From Marsupella aquatica (Eukaryota > Plantae > Marchantiophyta), in NCBI GenBank assembly GCA_973895155.1, contig OZ316894.1, positions 20,280,451 to 20,344,450 of the forward strand: a DNA stretch of 64,000 nt. Direction: 5' to 3'. The notes beneath the pieces were generated by a model that ran no database searches, was not told where the DNA came from, and saw only the letters and a program-made list of their open reading frames with translations. The position numbers and the translations under genes were made by a program. Every line of letters begins with the position of its first letter. Position 1 is the first letter of the stretch. Of this stretch, positions 13,401 to 27,759 are shown one piece after another.

Positions 13401-14616
13401 TTAGTGCAGAGCAATTCTATGTGTCGGTGTGTTGACTGTCCAAAGAACTGACAGCTATGGTTCTTTGGTACATGACCTTGTCGACAACATTTTGTTGCCA
13501 GAAACCAACAAAGGCTAACAATATAAATAAGAGGGGGGTGGGGGCGTGGGGTGCAGGCGAACTGACAAACAACTGAGATTCAGAGCTGCCGGCTTCCCCC
13601 CGGTTTGGACTTGCCCGGCAAATGAAGGGTCTGGACCGTGTCATCCGTCACACCCGGTCATCCCGACCGCCCAGTCAACTGGGGTGGGGTTGGGTTGGGT
13701 TGGGTTGGGGTGGGGTGGTGGGGCTGGGAAGGGCAGGGACCGGGCCAGAAGGGGTTTGGGAGAGTTCAGGACCAGCCGGGGAACATAGGTAAATATGTGA
13801 CATTTGGCCCCATTTCGAACTGGAGTGTGACAAGTTTGCGTGTAGGACAACATGTCAACTACACGTCCATCAGTTCAAACCCTGGGCTTCCCTTATCAGT
13901 TCCCAATGATGTCATGTCATGTGAGATCCTAGTGTACTTGTCCTTGTCAAACTCGATTTCAACGTCAACTACAGTACATTGCACACGACTGGAGGCTGGA
14001 AAGTTGCAGCATCTTAGCGCTTACACTTTACTGCCCTCAAATGAAATGCAGCACCATCCTGAATGGGGGAGAGGATACGTTGGCGCATTCATTCCTCAGA
14101 TTCAGGCAGAGAAAGTAAGGTTTAAGTTTGGTTTAAAGCACTTCCGCTAAAGACGGGTGTTCTGAGGAATGTCAGACGGCTTTTTGAATGCAGAATTCTG
14201 CGTTTGAGCGGGAGTGCTGTACAGTCATCGCTCTGCAAGTGCAAACCTTGACTAACTGCAAGGAGTCTACTATTCTCTTTTCTCTCATGGAGTTTGCAAT
14301 GCTTTTACACTTTTTCAGTAAGCAGGTACTCTTTTCTCTCATAGAGCTTGCACTGGTTTTGCACTTCTTCAGTGTAAACAGGTTCTCTTTTCTCCCAAGG
14401 AGTTTGCAATAGTTTTGGACTTTTAGTCTCAATTGAATGTGCATTAATCTTAATTTAGTCTTAATGAATGCACTTGAAAATTATGACAAAAAAATTAATA
14501 AGTCAAGAATATGGTAACCCCTAGTTGGAGGCATTTGGGATGTAACGACCAAACAATGCGGGTATGGGCCTAAGGTAGTAAGGTGGAAGGGTCGCTAACT
14601 TCTGGAAAACTTGACT

Positions 14617-14683
14617 GACTTTTGGAAGTAACAAAAGCGACTTTTGGAAAGTAACAAAAGTGACTTTTGGAAAGTAACAAAAA
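14617..14683. repeat. ~22-bp minisatellite x3
   Basis: GACTTTTGGA(A)AGTAACAAAA three times. Confidence 0.85.
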
Positions 14684-16231
14684 CATTAAAATCCCTGATT
14701 CAGGTCGTACAACAATGCGTAAGAATGAAGGAAAAAACTTAACATGTAATGCTTTAGGTCAGGCAAAGATTTGCAGTCAGAATAGTGCTGTGAAATTCGA
14801 CTTTTTATTATATATGCAAAACGGTAATTCTGTGTAATTTGAGTTACATGTGTGCGTTAGCCCTGCTAATAAGATTCCTCATTTGATAACCTAAATTGAT
14901 TTATGACCTCGGATTGCAGGATAACAGTTACATTACTAATGGGGTCTGTGATTGGATGGGGAACTGACTGATGGACGGCCAAAACCCTAGTTTCTTTTTG
15001 CCAACAGTAGTGTAGAGGAGACTTTCCCGATACGTGCAATCTAGCGGGAACATAGCGCTGGCCGGTATACAAGCAGCCGCGTGCACGGCCTGTTACATAT
15101 ACCTGACGTCCGTACGCAAATATACCCGGTCTCCGTACGCACATATAAAGGTCTCCGGACGCACATATACCCGGTGTCCGTACGTGCTCCCGTTTCCCTC
15201 GGGCTTCCGGTCAGCTTACAGTTTACACTCCTCGTTGTCAACGTAGAGGCTTATTACGGTCACCTTACAGTTTACAATCCTGGTTGTCAACGTAGTAGTT
15301 GACAACAGCACGACGGATTCGTTGCCACTACGGTGCAGCGACGGCGTGTGACTGCGGTCGACTCAGATTCAACGGCGCTTGCCTCCTCGTGGACTTCGAC
15401 AAACACTGTAGTGAAGACTGTGGCGCCAAAAAGGGAGTCTGGAAACTACAGGAGTAGCGAACAGTAATTAATCGCCTCGATGGCTCGATGAGATGGAGTT
15501 GACGTACCAACGAAGGAAGCTCTTATTCAATTGAATGGCATCGGATTGGGCCATTGGGGTGTATCTGCGGATCCCACCACCAGGTCTACTTTATAACCAA
15601 GAGGGTCAGTGCGAGATTCAGTCCATCAGGAGCACACTGCCGCAAAGATCCTCGAATTCCCGAGCCACAACGCTTTTCAGTGGTCATGATTGTGGAGTGA
15701 ATTACTTTGTGAGACTAGTTTGTCTTCGTCGTCTTGGATTCTGCAGAGAATCCGGAAGCGGCGGCAGAGTAGGAGGGATTTCGAGTGCTATATCGAGGTT
15801 GGGCAAAGCATCAAGTGGCAATCTCAGTCTACAGCTTTGGTCCAAGCTCGTACTCCCCTGATCATTCCTTCCCCTATCCCTCTGCTACGATCGTCTTCTG
15901 AGCAGAGATTGGAGCTTTTTTGGAGCTTTTTTCTGGAAGCGGGAATGGGGAGGTCACAGGAAGGAGGAGGTTGCGGATCTGCGGTATCAGCGAAGAACGA
16001 GCATGGAGAAGAGGAGGAATCACGATCATTCTGCGGAGAAAAGTGCTTGTCTGCGCTTGATTTGATCGAGGAGTACTGATCCTTACTTTGGATCGAGTGT
16101 GTTGTGTGCTGCCTTTGTTGGATAGCGCACAGGTTTTTGCTTTGCGTACCCGGGCTCCATCATTTTCTGTTTCCTGATCAGTCTTTCGTCCGACGACAAG
16201 ATTTGAGTGAATCTGTTGCCATCATTCAGCT

Positions 16232-19200
16232 ATGGCAGTCTTGGAAGGAGAGGAGGAGGTAGGGAACAGTAACCATCACATAATCAAGGAGAAGGATCCA
16301 GAGAATGCGAATGGGGCGGAGGGAAGTGCAGATGTTGTTCCTACAGGAATAGGAGGCGATGGTCCAGTGGTGGCAAACACAGCAGGAGATGGTGACGGTG
16401 CTAGTCCTGGGAAAGAGAAGGCGAAAGCAGAGCCCATGGTTTCCTTCTTCAGGTTGTTCTCGTTCGCGGACGGGTTCGACTATGTATTGATGGCCGGTGG
16501 AACAATCGGCGCTATTGTCCACGGCGCAGCTCTTCCTGTTTTCTTTCTCTTTTTCGGGAAGCTTTTGAATAACCTAGGAGGAGGCAACGGGTCTCTCCAG
16601 GGAGCCTCATCCTCAACGGTCGATAAGGTATGGGATATGGTCTCCCTGGTACTGAAATGTGAGAATGAGAATTTTAGCGGAGACCAAATCTTTCTCTCAT
16701 CTGATACTGCCTTTTTTTCTTCACCCTGCTGAAAATTGGCCTAATGAAGCTTCCAGTCTATCTCTACCCTGCTGAACTATCGTAATGAGGCTCCTAGTCG
16801 ATAAAAACATGTGTTCCACGGTGCAAAGAGATCAGCCTTCTTCCTTCCATAATGCTAGACTGGTTCGTTCGAGTCCATGTTTAATGTTTCTATTTTGTGG
16901 TACGTGTGTGAGACATTAGTAACTTGTTTAGGCAAACTGTCGCAAATATTGGAATGTTTAAGCAATTGGAATCTGCCAATGTAGGAGTTGCCTCTTGCTA
17001 TAGGGATGATAGGGGCAGTGTGATAGAGTCCATTCGTCGCGTTCGCTGATGTAGCTTAGCAGATCCACAGCTACTTGGAATTTTCTCTCTCGAAATTTTG
17101 CCAGAATTCGTTGTGAGATCACTTTTTGCCCTCGTTGGTTTGTCATACAATAGAATCTACGATGCGGCTCCTTGAACCAGAAGAAGTAGTCTTTGTCTGC
17201 AGCCATGTACTGGCCACTTTGCGTCACGAGTGCTTTCAAGTTTTCTTCCCGCCTACTCAGCTTTCGTGCATTGCAACACTGAAACATAACTTATTGTTGC
17301 TATGGTAGATCAGACAAGGATAGCGATCAGGCACATTACCCATTTTAACGTATGCCAAGAGTTCTATGTATTCCGCTCGAACAAGCTTCTACAGTGAGGG
17401 TGTCTCTCTAATCACACCGATTCGGTGTATGATTGTGTGCAGTATTCGTTGTACTATCTGTGGCTTGGGCTTGCAGTTCTTGGCTCATCATGGCTTGGTA
17501 ACTACCTCCTTCTCTTCACAAATCCCTCGTCATGTTCGGTCAAGTCGGTAGGACGACTGTTATATCTTCATGAAGCGCCGGCAGTAAAAGGTTCTCTTGC
17601 GTCTAACTGTGCGTGCTGGAGTTCGTCTCACTAGCGTCACGGGGTGTGGCATTGGACCGTGCAGAGGTGTCGTTTTGGATGCAAACTGGAGACAGGCAGG
17701 CAGCCAGATTGAGGAGAAAGTACCTGGAATCTTTGCTACGGCAAGATATAGGATTTTTTGATACTGATACCAACACCGGGGACTTCGTTTCCAGCATTGC
17801 CTCCGATCCACTGATGGTGCAGGATGCTATCAGTGAAAAGGTGCAGTAGCGAGCCGTCGTATCTCATTTCTCCAATTGGAATGCTGCTTTTAGCTGGTTT
17901 GTGGTTCATGATCAAATTTTGGTCGGGCATCGTCTCACAAGGCTGTCGGATTGTGTCCACAGGTGGGAAATTTCCTACACTACCTTGCAACGTTCGTTGC
18001 CGGATTCGTCGTTGGATTCACAAGTCAGTGGCGCATTGCCCTGGTGACTGTGGCCATCGTACCCTTGATTGCAATCTCCGGTGGTTTCTATGCATACAGT
18101 CTCACTGCTTCGACTTCTAGAGCTGCGGGTGCCTATGCCGAAGCTGGATTGATTGCAGAACAGGTGAGGTATCCGGTTGCAATGTTGAGGAGCAATGGTT
18201 GCTTTGTTTACACAGATGACATGCCAAGACCAAATGTCCCGTTCGAGCGAAGGGTCTAATGTGGCAGGATGGTTTTGGTCAATGCAGTCTATTGCTCAGG
18301 TGTGGACGGTGTCCTCCTTCGTTAGTGAGGTGAAATTCATCAAGGCTTACTCTGCCGCTCTGGAGAAGACGTTCAAGTTTGGAGCTCAAGCTGGCCTCGC
18401 AAAGGGCCTTGGAATGGGGGTGACTTACGGCGTTCTCTTCTCTTGTTGGGCGCTGCTTCTCTGGTACGGGGGTATACTTGTTCGCAATGGCACTGTCAAC
18501 GGTGGTACAGCTCTTTCGGCCATATTTGCCGTCATCATCGGTGGAATGTAAGAACTTCTCCGCAGAAAACTCTCGCATTACATTGATGACCCTGAAATGC
18601 ACACATGAAGCAGGCTGTAAGGAGAGTAGCTGCTCTACTGTTGTAAGAGCAACGGCAGCAGATCGTTTTGTCTTCATCAACCGTCCCATCCCACACCCGG
18701 GAATGCTGTGAGCTCTGAAACTCTGCTGACCATGAATGCAGCTCTCTGGGACAAGCTATGCCAAACGTCACTGCATTTGCGAAAGGAAGAGCTGCAGCTT
18801 ACAAGATATTTTTTATTATCGATCATGAGTCTACAATCAACAAGCCAGATCCAAATGCCGAAATGCTGGGGAAGGTTGATGGCCACATCGAGCTCCAAAA
18901 TGTCGACTTCGCCTATCCATCACGCTCTGATGTCTTCGTTTTCAAGAACTTCTCCTTGACCATTCCCGCAGGGAAGACAGTGGCCATTGTTGGAAGCAGT
19001 GGGTCCGGGAAAAGCACTGTCGTGTCCCTCATTGAACGCTTCTATGATCCCATCTCAGGTATGAAGAAAGTCTGCCAGTGTTGCTCCATGTTTTGCAGTT
19101 GTCTGCCTTTCTCCTTGTGTGAGCGAGAGGGATTCCGACATGTTCCTTCAGCTTACTACTCGTGTAGATTTTCTGGCCTGGCTCCGACTCTACTCTCTCT

Positions 19201-22200
19201 CTTGAGTACTAGCTAACCGATATTGTCATGTAGGCGAGGTACTCCTAGATGGTCACGACATAAAGAAGTTGGATCTGAAGTGGTTGCGAGGACAGATTGG
19301 GCTTGTAAACCAAGAGCCTGCATTGTTTGCAACCTCGATTGGTAAAAACATTCTGTATGGAAAGGATAATGCCACTCAGGAGGAGATTGAAGCAGCTGCA
19401 AAGGCTTCAAATGCACATGGTTTCATTGATCAGCTGCCCCTTAAATATGAAACCCAGGTCTGTCCACCTCGCTAACGTGAAATCCTAATACTAAATACCC
19501 AGCTTTGAATTGCTGTTGGAAATTGATGCTGAGAATTTTGTAGCGTGTGACGGTAGAGAAACGTTATTGAACTCTCGATTATGGAGAGTAAATATGCTTC
19601 TCGTGTGGCGTGACAGGTCGGGGAGAGAGGTATTCAGCTCTCAGGAGGACAGAAACAGCGGGTGGCCATAGCTCGTGCCATGCTGAAGAATCCTGCGGTC
19701 CTGCTCCTGGACGAGGCCACCAGTGCCTTGGATGCGGGGTCGGAACAGATCGTGCAAGAAGCTTTGGATCGTCTGATGGTGGGAAGGACGACAGTTGTGG
19801 TGGCTCATCGGCTCTCCACGATCAGAAATGCAGAGAGCATTGCCGTTGTTCAGGAAGGTCAAATAGTGGAGAGGGGTACTCATGACGAGTTAATTTCCAG
19901 ACAAGACGGGGCTTATTCTGCTCTAGTCCGCTTGCAGGAGATGGCTGCAAGCAAGGATAGTGGCATGCGACGTAGCTCCTCTAGGACTTCTCATGAATCC
20001 CGGTAAAATGACAATTTTATCCTACTCCTATTGTTAAGGGTATGGCTCTCCAATGCATGCACAAGGATGACTCTGACTATGCTTGTATGGCAGTTGCATA
20101 CAACTTACTTCTTAAGTTCTATAGCAGTTTCAATTGTTGATGGCAAAGTATGCTGAGAGGAGGTTCGTGTTGCTAATTCTTGGACACATCTTTTCGGCAG
20201 GTTGTCACGAGGAGGGGGCGGGTCTTACAACGCAGGTGGATCCCTGATGATGTCCAGGTCTGGGCGCGCTGTATCTATGAAAAAATCCGGATCTGTGAGA
20301 TCGGCTGATGACCCCGATGTTGCTAATTCTTGGACACATCTTTTCGGCAGGTTGTCACGAGGAGGGGGCGGGTCTTACAACGCAGGTGGATCCCTGATGA
20401 TGTCCAGGTCTGGGCGCGCTGTATCTATGAAAAAATCCGGATCTGTGAGATCGGCTGATGACCCCGAGAAGGGCCAAGCAGAGGCCGTCCAGGGCAGAAA
20501 GGAAATAGGGGAACCTCGCAGCAAAGGATCCCTGACCCGGCTCTTCATTATGAGCAAACATGAGTGGCCATATGGCGTTGGGGGGCTTATAGGATCAATG
20601 CTGGCTGGGTGTCTCAATCCTGCATTCGCTCTGATTATCGCTGAGGTGCTGTCAGCTTACTACAACAGCAACCATTCCAAGATGAGGAGGGATGTTGCCA
20701 CATACTCTCTTATATTTGTTGCCCTTGGTGTGGCGTCTCCTATCATCTACACCCTGCAGCATTATAATCTCGGAGTGGTGGGCGAAAGACTGGTCAAACG
20801 TGTTCGAGAGGAGATGCTTACTAGTGAGTATCCCTTGTTCTTGTTCCTTTCAAGTTGAAAATCGAGGGAGGATTAAAGGGTTGGCCTGTTTATTCGGCCG
20901 GTAGATTGACTTGAAGGGTACCTCAACGCTTGTAGGTAATGATCTTGGAAAGCATTCTCCAATAGAAAATTTGTGTGAAAGCTGCATGTGCCAGACTTCA
21001 AATTCGTCAGTGGAGGTTATTCAAGCTAACGCCAGAGGTTTTCCCATGGCTTAGATCCTGGCGAGGATGAGGCTTTCTGACGTAAAATTATGTGGGAGAC
21101 AGAATTGAAATATTTGTGGAGACTGTAGCTGTCTGTATCCGATTCGTAGCTTCTCTGAAGAGAATCGGACCCTCACCGCATGTATACTAGAGGTATCCAT
21201 GTGCCTGAGGACGGCACCTGTGTGCCTAGTTATTCTTGCCCTTAGATTTTGCATGATCGAGGTCCTTGAGAAGTGAATGTTATTTAAATTCTGAGGGTGG
21301 ATTTGTCCACTATGCAGCGGTTCTACGAAATGAGATGGGTTGGTTTGACAGAGACGAGAACAACAGTGGGCAAATATTGGCTCGTCTGAACTCCGATGCA
21401 ACCAACGTGAGAGCAGCTATTGGGGACAGGGTTGCCGTTATCGCACAAAATGCCACACTCCTTCTGGTTGCTTGCATCATCGCCTTATCCCTTCAATGGA
21501 AGCTGGCCCTCGTGATGCTCGCCACGTTTCCGTTACTTGTGTTTTCAGCGTTCGGTGAGGTGAGAATTTTTGATGCCATCGTCTTTGTTCATGGACATAG
21601 CCTAATCCTCTTGTTGCGTAGGACACTTCCCTCACAGAAGGTCATTGGAATGTTTTTATTATTGCAATCTGTCTCCGATCACTTTTTTAACGTGTTCTTT
21701 TAAATTATTTTGAAAGAACAGATAAGCAATTCGTGTAAAAAAGTGATCTAGAAAAAACAGCCTAGAATATCGGCAATTTGAAAAGGTCACCTTCGAATCT
21801 ATGAATGCCATTCATGTACTGGACTGTATGGAAGCAGTTGGGGCACGAAGGAATTGAGTGTTGTGTGATTTCCGAGTTTTGCAGAACATGTTTCTCAAGG
21901 GATTTTCTGGAGACGTGAACAAAGCATACTCACGGGCCACTCGGGTGGCCGGCGAGGCAGTGAGTAACATTCGAACAGTAGCAGCATTCAATGCAGAGGA
22001 CAAAGTCCAAGCCTTGTTCTCAGCCGAGCTGGACGGCCCTGCAACGAGGAGCTTCTGGAGGGGACAAGCCGCTGGACTTGGATTTGGAATATCTCAACTC
22101 TTCATGTATGGCTCATATGGATTGGGATTGTGGTACTCCGGACAGCTTGAGAAGAACGGCGACGCGAATTTCGGACCTGTGATCAAGGTGTTCCTGATCT

Positions 22201-23114
22201 TGATCGTTACTGCGTTCGCCGTGGCCGAGACATTAGCCCTCACACCTGATCTGGTCAAAGGAGGACAAGCCGTGGAGTCCGTGTTTGAGGTGTTGGACCG
22301 AAAGACGGAGATCGAGCCCGAAGATCCCAATGGCATGCAGGTCGAGAAAATTGTGGGAGACATTGAGCTAAAGCGCGTCGAATTTGCCTATCCGTCGAGA
22401 CCGGACGTGACAATATTCAAGAGCCTGAGCCTTAAGGTGCGCTCCGGTCACAGCCTTGCTCTCGTGGGGGCGAGCGGGTCAGGCAAGAGCTCAGTGATAG
22501 CTCTCATCGAGAGGTTCTACGATCCTCTGTCCGGACAGGTTCTCATCGATGGAACGGATCTAAAGAAGTACAATCTGAAATCGGTCCGGAAACACATCGC
22601 TCTGGTGTCGCAGGAGCCCGCTCTCTTCTCAGCCAGCATCTCAGGGAATATTTGCTACGGGAAAGATGGAGCGAGTGAGGCAGAGGTGATCGAGGCAGCG
22701 AAGGCAGCTAATGCGCACAACTTCATCTCCGCGCTTCCCGAAGGATACAACACAGAGGTCGGTGAGCGGGGCATTCAGCTGTCCGGCGGACAGAAACAAC
22801 GTGTAGCCATAGCCCGCGCGGTGCTCAAGAATCCTGCCATTCTACTCCTGGACGAGGCGACGTCCGCCCTGGACGCCGAATCGGAGAAGATCGTTCAGGA
22901 GGCGCTGGACCGGCTGATGAAAGGAAGAACGACAGTGGTAATTGCTCACCGGCTTTCCACAATCCGAGGCGCCAACACCATAGCTGTGGTGCAAGAGGGA
23001 ACCATCCTCGAGGAGGGCTCCCACGCCGAGCTTCTCGCCAAGGGTGGTGGTTACGCTCGCCTCATCAACATCCAAAATCGAACCCATGAATCGAAAACCG
23101 ACAGTATTGGGTGA
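16232..23114 (+). CDS. ABCB19: Full-size ABC transporter subfamily B (P-glycoprotein/MDR), ABCB1/ABCB19 clade; 11 exons: 16232-16627, 17443-17497, 17665-17840, 17963-18163, 18288-18547, 18742-19058, 19234-19457, 19617-20002, 20201(or 20351)-20823, 21318-21559, 21885-23114
   Basis: Two TMD-NBD halves. Walker A GSSGSGKS and GASGSGKS, signature LSGGQKQR twice, Walker [12 protein letters not shown] twice. [20 protein letters not shown] is typical of the ABCB1/19 clade. All junctions are GT-AG and keep frame. The symbol marks the clade, not proven orthology. Confidence 0.95.
20168..20467 (+). repeat. Perfect 150-bp tandem duplication spanning an intron/exon boundary of the ABCB gene
   Basis: 20168-20317 is identical to 20318-20467. 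Confidence 0.95.
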
Positions 23115-23879
23115 AAGAAACTTCAACCGATCACCCTCACAGTTAATTAATTATTGAGCTTCTAGTCAATATAGCTCACATCTCGTTATTGCCGACTAGA
23201 ATCAAGTCATTGTGCGCCTGCTCTGAACATCTACGTGTGGCAATCGTCTGCACTAAAGTCTCACCATCCCTCAAATTGTATATTAGAGTTCTGATCCTAA
23301 GTAGCGGTCACTACATGACCTGACTCGCCATCCCTCAATTGTATATTAGAGTTCCTACCCTTCGACTAGAAGGACTGTCCAGGTACCGGGTAGGCAGCTC
23401 GCAATTAGACAATGGAGGATTGATTTACCTGAGATACAAGTGATAATGTACTGTAGATGATGGAAGAAGAACCTGTACGTGTTGGTTGCAGGTTAGGTAT
23501 TCTATTCAAACAGAGATCTAAATCAGTTGACAGAAGCAACTGACAGGATCATATCATACGCCCTTTCAATTCAGCTCACAGATGAAGTTTCCCACACTCC
23601 CTAATGGGCACAGTGGGATGTGTGGAGATGTTGATTCGTGCTGTAAATTATGCCCTTTCATTTTGACATGACAAAGGCCCATCATATCCATGTAACGTTA
23701 TGTGATGAAAAATGCCCATGATGAGAGGATAGATTTTCCACTGATCGATGGGGTTCGACAACTTTTCGGAATGCTGTGGGAACCGTTGTTGTGCAGATGT
23801 ACGAGTTTGAAAATATGAAACATTGATAGGTGCCGAAAGCTGCGAACGATTTTGATCGCTTTAGGCGGGTCTACGGGTT

Positions 23880-26110
23880 ATACTATGTCGAAAAGCAAGA
23901 ATGATTTTGATCTAGCATGGTGGAAAAGTCACTGTTTCGCCTGCATTTCTTCTTCATCCATATAGTGGCGGCAATTTGCGTCAGTCTTTTTTTAATCTAT
24001 CGTTGTGGATCAATGTTTCACGTACATGCGTCTCATCGATGTGATGGCGACATTGACGTCGTGTTGCTAACCTAAACATTTCGTTCCTTTAATGGTACAC
24101 ACTTTGTCTGTTGACAAGGCTTATCTTACATCCAATTTGCTTACATCACCCTGAAACACAGATGGGTCTGGTTAATTGAGAGTCTTAGCAACTAACTGCA
24201 CGAATCTCAAGTGAGAACCGCAAATCTCGCAAACATATTGATGAATAAACATATGCAGGGAAAATCATTGCGTTCTTCTCAAGATAAACCTTCAACACTG
24301 TTCAAGAAAAGGAAGAACATGGTTCGTCCTGGGAGAAATTTCAAAGCCCGCTGAAGTCCACGCCACAGATTTATTGTGAAAACGCAACTCAGATCTGACA
24401 AGTACATTTCTCAGCAAAGCATAAGAAAGCATGACTTTGATGGTAATTCGATCAATGTAATTCGATCAATTTGCGTTGGACAACGTCTTTTAAAAACCAA
24501 ACTTGAGAAAGAAGACACCCGTCAATCGTAACCATCATCCTGCTACACCAAATTTCATTTAGCTGTTACTGACCTCACTGTTCCAGGGTGAATTGATTGA
24601 GGACCTGATTGTCCATTACAACATACTAGGTCGAAAAGCAAGAATGATTTTGATCTAGCATGGTGGAAAAGTCACTGTTTCGCCTGCATTTCTTCTTCAT
24701 CCATATAGTGGCGGCAATTTGCGTCAGTCTTTTTTTAATCTATCGTTGTGGATCAATGTTTCACGTACATGCGTCTCATCGATGTGATGGCGACATTGAC
24801 GTCGTGTTGCTAACCTAAACATTTCGTTCCTTTAATGGTACACACTTTGTCTGTTGACAAGGCTTATCTTACATCCAATTTGCTTACATCACCCTGAAAC
24901 ACAGATGGGTCTGGTTAATTGAGAGTCTTAGCAACTAACTGCACGAATCTCAAGTGAGAACCGCAAATCTCGCAAACATATTGATGAATAAACATATGCA
25001 GGGAAAATCATTGCGTTCTTCTCAAGATAAACCTTCAACACTGTTCAAGAAAAGGAAGAACATGGTTCGTCCTGGGAGAAATTTCAAAGCCCGCTGAAGT
25101 CCACGCCACAGATTTATTGTGAAAACGCAACTCAGATCTGACAAGTACATTTCTCAGCAAAGCATAAGAAAGCATGACTTTGATGGTAATTCGATCAATG
25201 TAATTCGATCAATTTGCGTTGGACAACGTCTTTTAAAAACCAAACTTGAGAAAGAAGACACCCGTCAATCGTAACCATCATCCTGCTACACCAAATTTCA
25301 TTTAGCTGTTACTGACCTCACTGTTCCAGGGTGAATTGATTGAGGACCTGATTGTCCATTACAACATACTATGTCGAAAAGCAAGAATGATTTTGATCTA
25401 GCATGGTGGAAAAGTCACTGTTTCGCCTGCATTTCTTCTTCATCCATATAGTGGCGGCAATTTGCGTCAGTCTTTTTTTAATCTATCGTTGTGGATCAAT
25501 GTTTCACGTACATGCGTCTCATCGATGTGATGGCGACATTGACGTCGTGTTGCTAACCTAAACATTTCGTTCCTTTAATGGTACACACTTTGTCTGTTGA
25601 CAAGGCTTATCTTACATCCAATTTGCTTACATCACCCTGAAACACAGATGGGTCTGGTTAATTGAGAGTCTTAGCAACTAACTGCACGAATCTCAAGTGA
25701 GAACCGCAAATCTCGCAAACATATTGATGAATAAACATATGCAGGGAAAATCATTGCGTTCTTCTCAAGATAAACCTTCAACACTGTTCAAGAAAAGGAA
25801 GAACATGGTTCGTCCTGGGAGAAATTTCAAAGCCCGCTGAAGTCCACGCCACAGATTTATTGTGAAAACGCAACTCAGATCTGACAAGTACATTTCTCAG
25901 CAAAGCATAAGAAAGCATGACTTTGATGGTAATTCGATCAATGTAATTCGATCAATTTGCGTTGGACAACGTCTTTTAAAAACCAAACTTGAGAAAGAAG
26001 ACACCCGTCAATCGTAACCATCATCCTGCTACACCAAATTTCATTTAGCTGTTACTGACCTCACTGTTCCAGGGTGAATTGATTGAGGACCTGATTGTCC
26101 ATTACAACAT
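23880..26110. repeat. Near-perfect tandem triplication, 743-bp unit
   Basis: TACTA(T/G)GTCGAAAAGCAAG at 23881, 24624 and 25367. I saw only one substitution between copies. Confidence 0.95.
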
Positions 26111-27759
26111 TGACTGCGTTGCTAGGGCCATCAACCTACCTTCAGTCTGACTGCATCACATTGATGGAAAATATTGAGAGTTGTCTTTGCATGTAGATGG
26201 TTTTATTGGGAAAGGGCCAGAGCCTATACAATCTTGCTCTGCCTTCCTCCCAAACTCTCCCTTACTATTTATGCCTAGTATCCTTACTCCCGTTTGGCAT
26301 GTCTAGAGTCGACCATTATCAGCTTCTTGACGACATGAATTTCATGCAAATGACAACAGTTTTTGCAATGCCAGATTTTCTGCGTTGTGTCAGGGCTTCT
26401 GGTCAGTTGTGCGGCCTGGTTGTCTCCCGGGTCGTCTCAGGCAGGATTTCCCCTTCCCCCCCAACAAAAATGAAGTTGCCACACACTATCAGCAATGACA
26501 GTTTCCTTGAGAAACATCGGTCTTCGTGTCTACAATGCATGGGAATGAACTTAAAACTTTAATAAACATTCCTTACTATTTATAGGAAACAAAAGCCTGG
26601 ACAAACCAAAAACATTGTCCCTGCCCATCCCCATGGACTGTGTAAGTGATTGTCACTTTACATCAAAAAGCAAAAGGAACCGGCCGCATATTGCAGTTGA
26701 GAGACCAGTACTTGTAATATATATCTTGACACAGTAAGGAGACCATTTACAGGTCACATTTTAATCAAAAATGTAAACAGTGTTATCTGAGTCAGTTTGA
26801 CTGTTCTGAGCCAGTCCATCCAAACTTTGCCAGTCCATCTCGACCTCATAGACAAAGTGGAGGTCCATTTGGGCTTTAGTTTCCTATCTCTAGACTAAAC
26901 TTGGTAATCTATATTTATTTATTTATTTAAACTTGAGCAGTTTGCACTTGGTATCTTAAACAATGAGGTATTACGGTGGTTAAGTTTGCCTCATCAACAT
27001 CCAAAATCAAACCCCTGAATCCAAATACTGGAGTATTGAGTAACTAGACTCAGACCAATCACCTCACAGCTGATGAGCTACCTTGGGCTTGTGTAATTTT
27101 TTGTATTGAGTGGAGACGAGATTCATACTGATCACCTCATAGTTAATTAGCTACCTTCTTTAGAGAGAGGGTGTCCATTGCCCTTCACTGGCAACCTTAT
27201 CCCCTTCTATGTGTTCATTTGCAATGCCTCCTTAAGAGCCCTTAAGAGAGAGGGTGTCCATTGTCCTTCAGGAGCCTAATGCTTTCACTATCCTTTTGAA
27301 GGTGGTTTTAGGGACTAGAGAGAGAATACACTTTTGGGACCCTCCTATCTGTTTACCAGCTCTATCAAGCTTTTCAGGTCTCAGTCCATAAGGTGTTAGT
27401 CTTTTGGGCTTTTTGGTGAGTTCCTTGTTCCTGTCTCTTTTGTGGAGGACTCTTTGGCTTGTTGGACCTCTCGGGCCTTCTTCCCCCCCCCCCCCCCCCC
27501 CCCTTCTTTTGTTGGGTTTCATTGTCTTTGGGACCGTCTCCCGGCTTGGTGATTTTGTCCTTTGGCACTGTATGTGATATATATCTATTTATGTATCGTT
27601 TAATAGTCAAGAAGCTAATACATGTACTCCTGTTTCCTTTACTTTGTACTTTTAAGAACGTGATTGTATACACTACAAAGTCAGTGTTTACATGTTTATA
27701 TTAAATTTCTCATAGAATATGTTGTTACTTGGGTAGAAAATTATTATAGTTATTTATTT

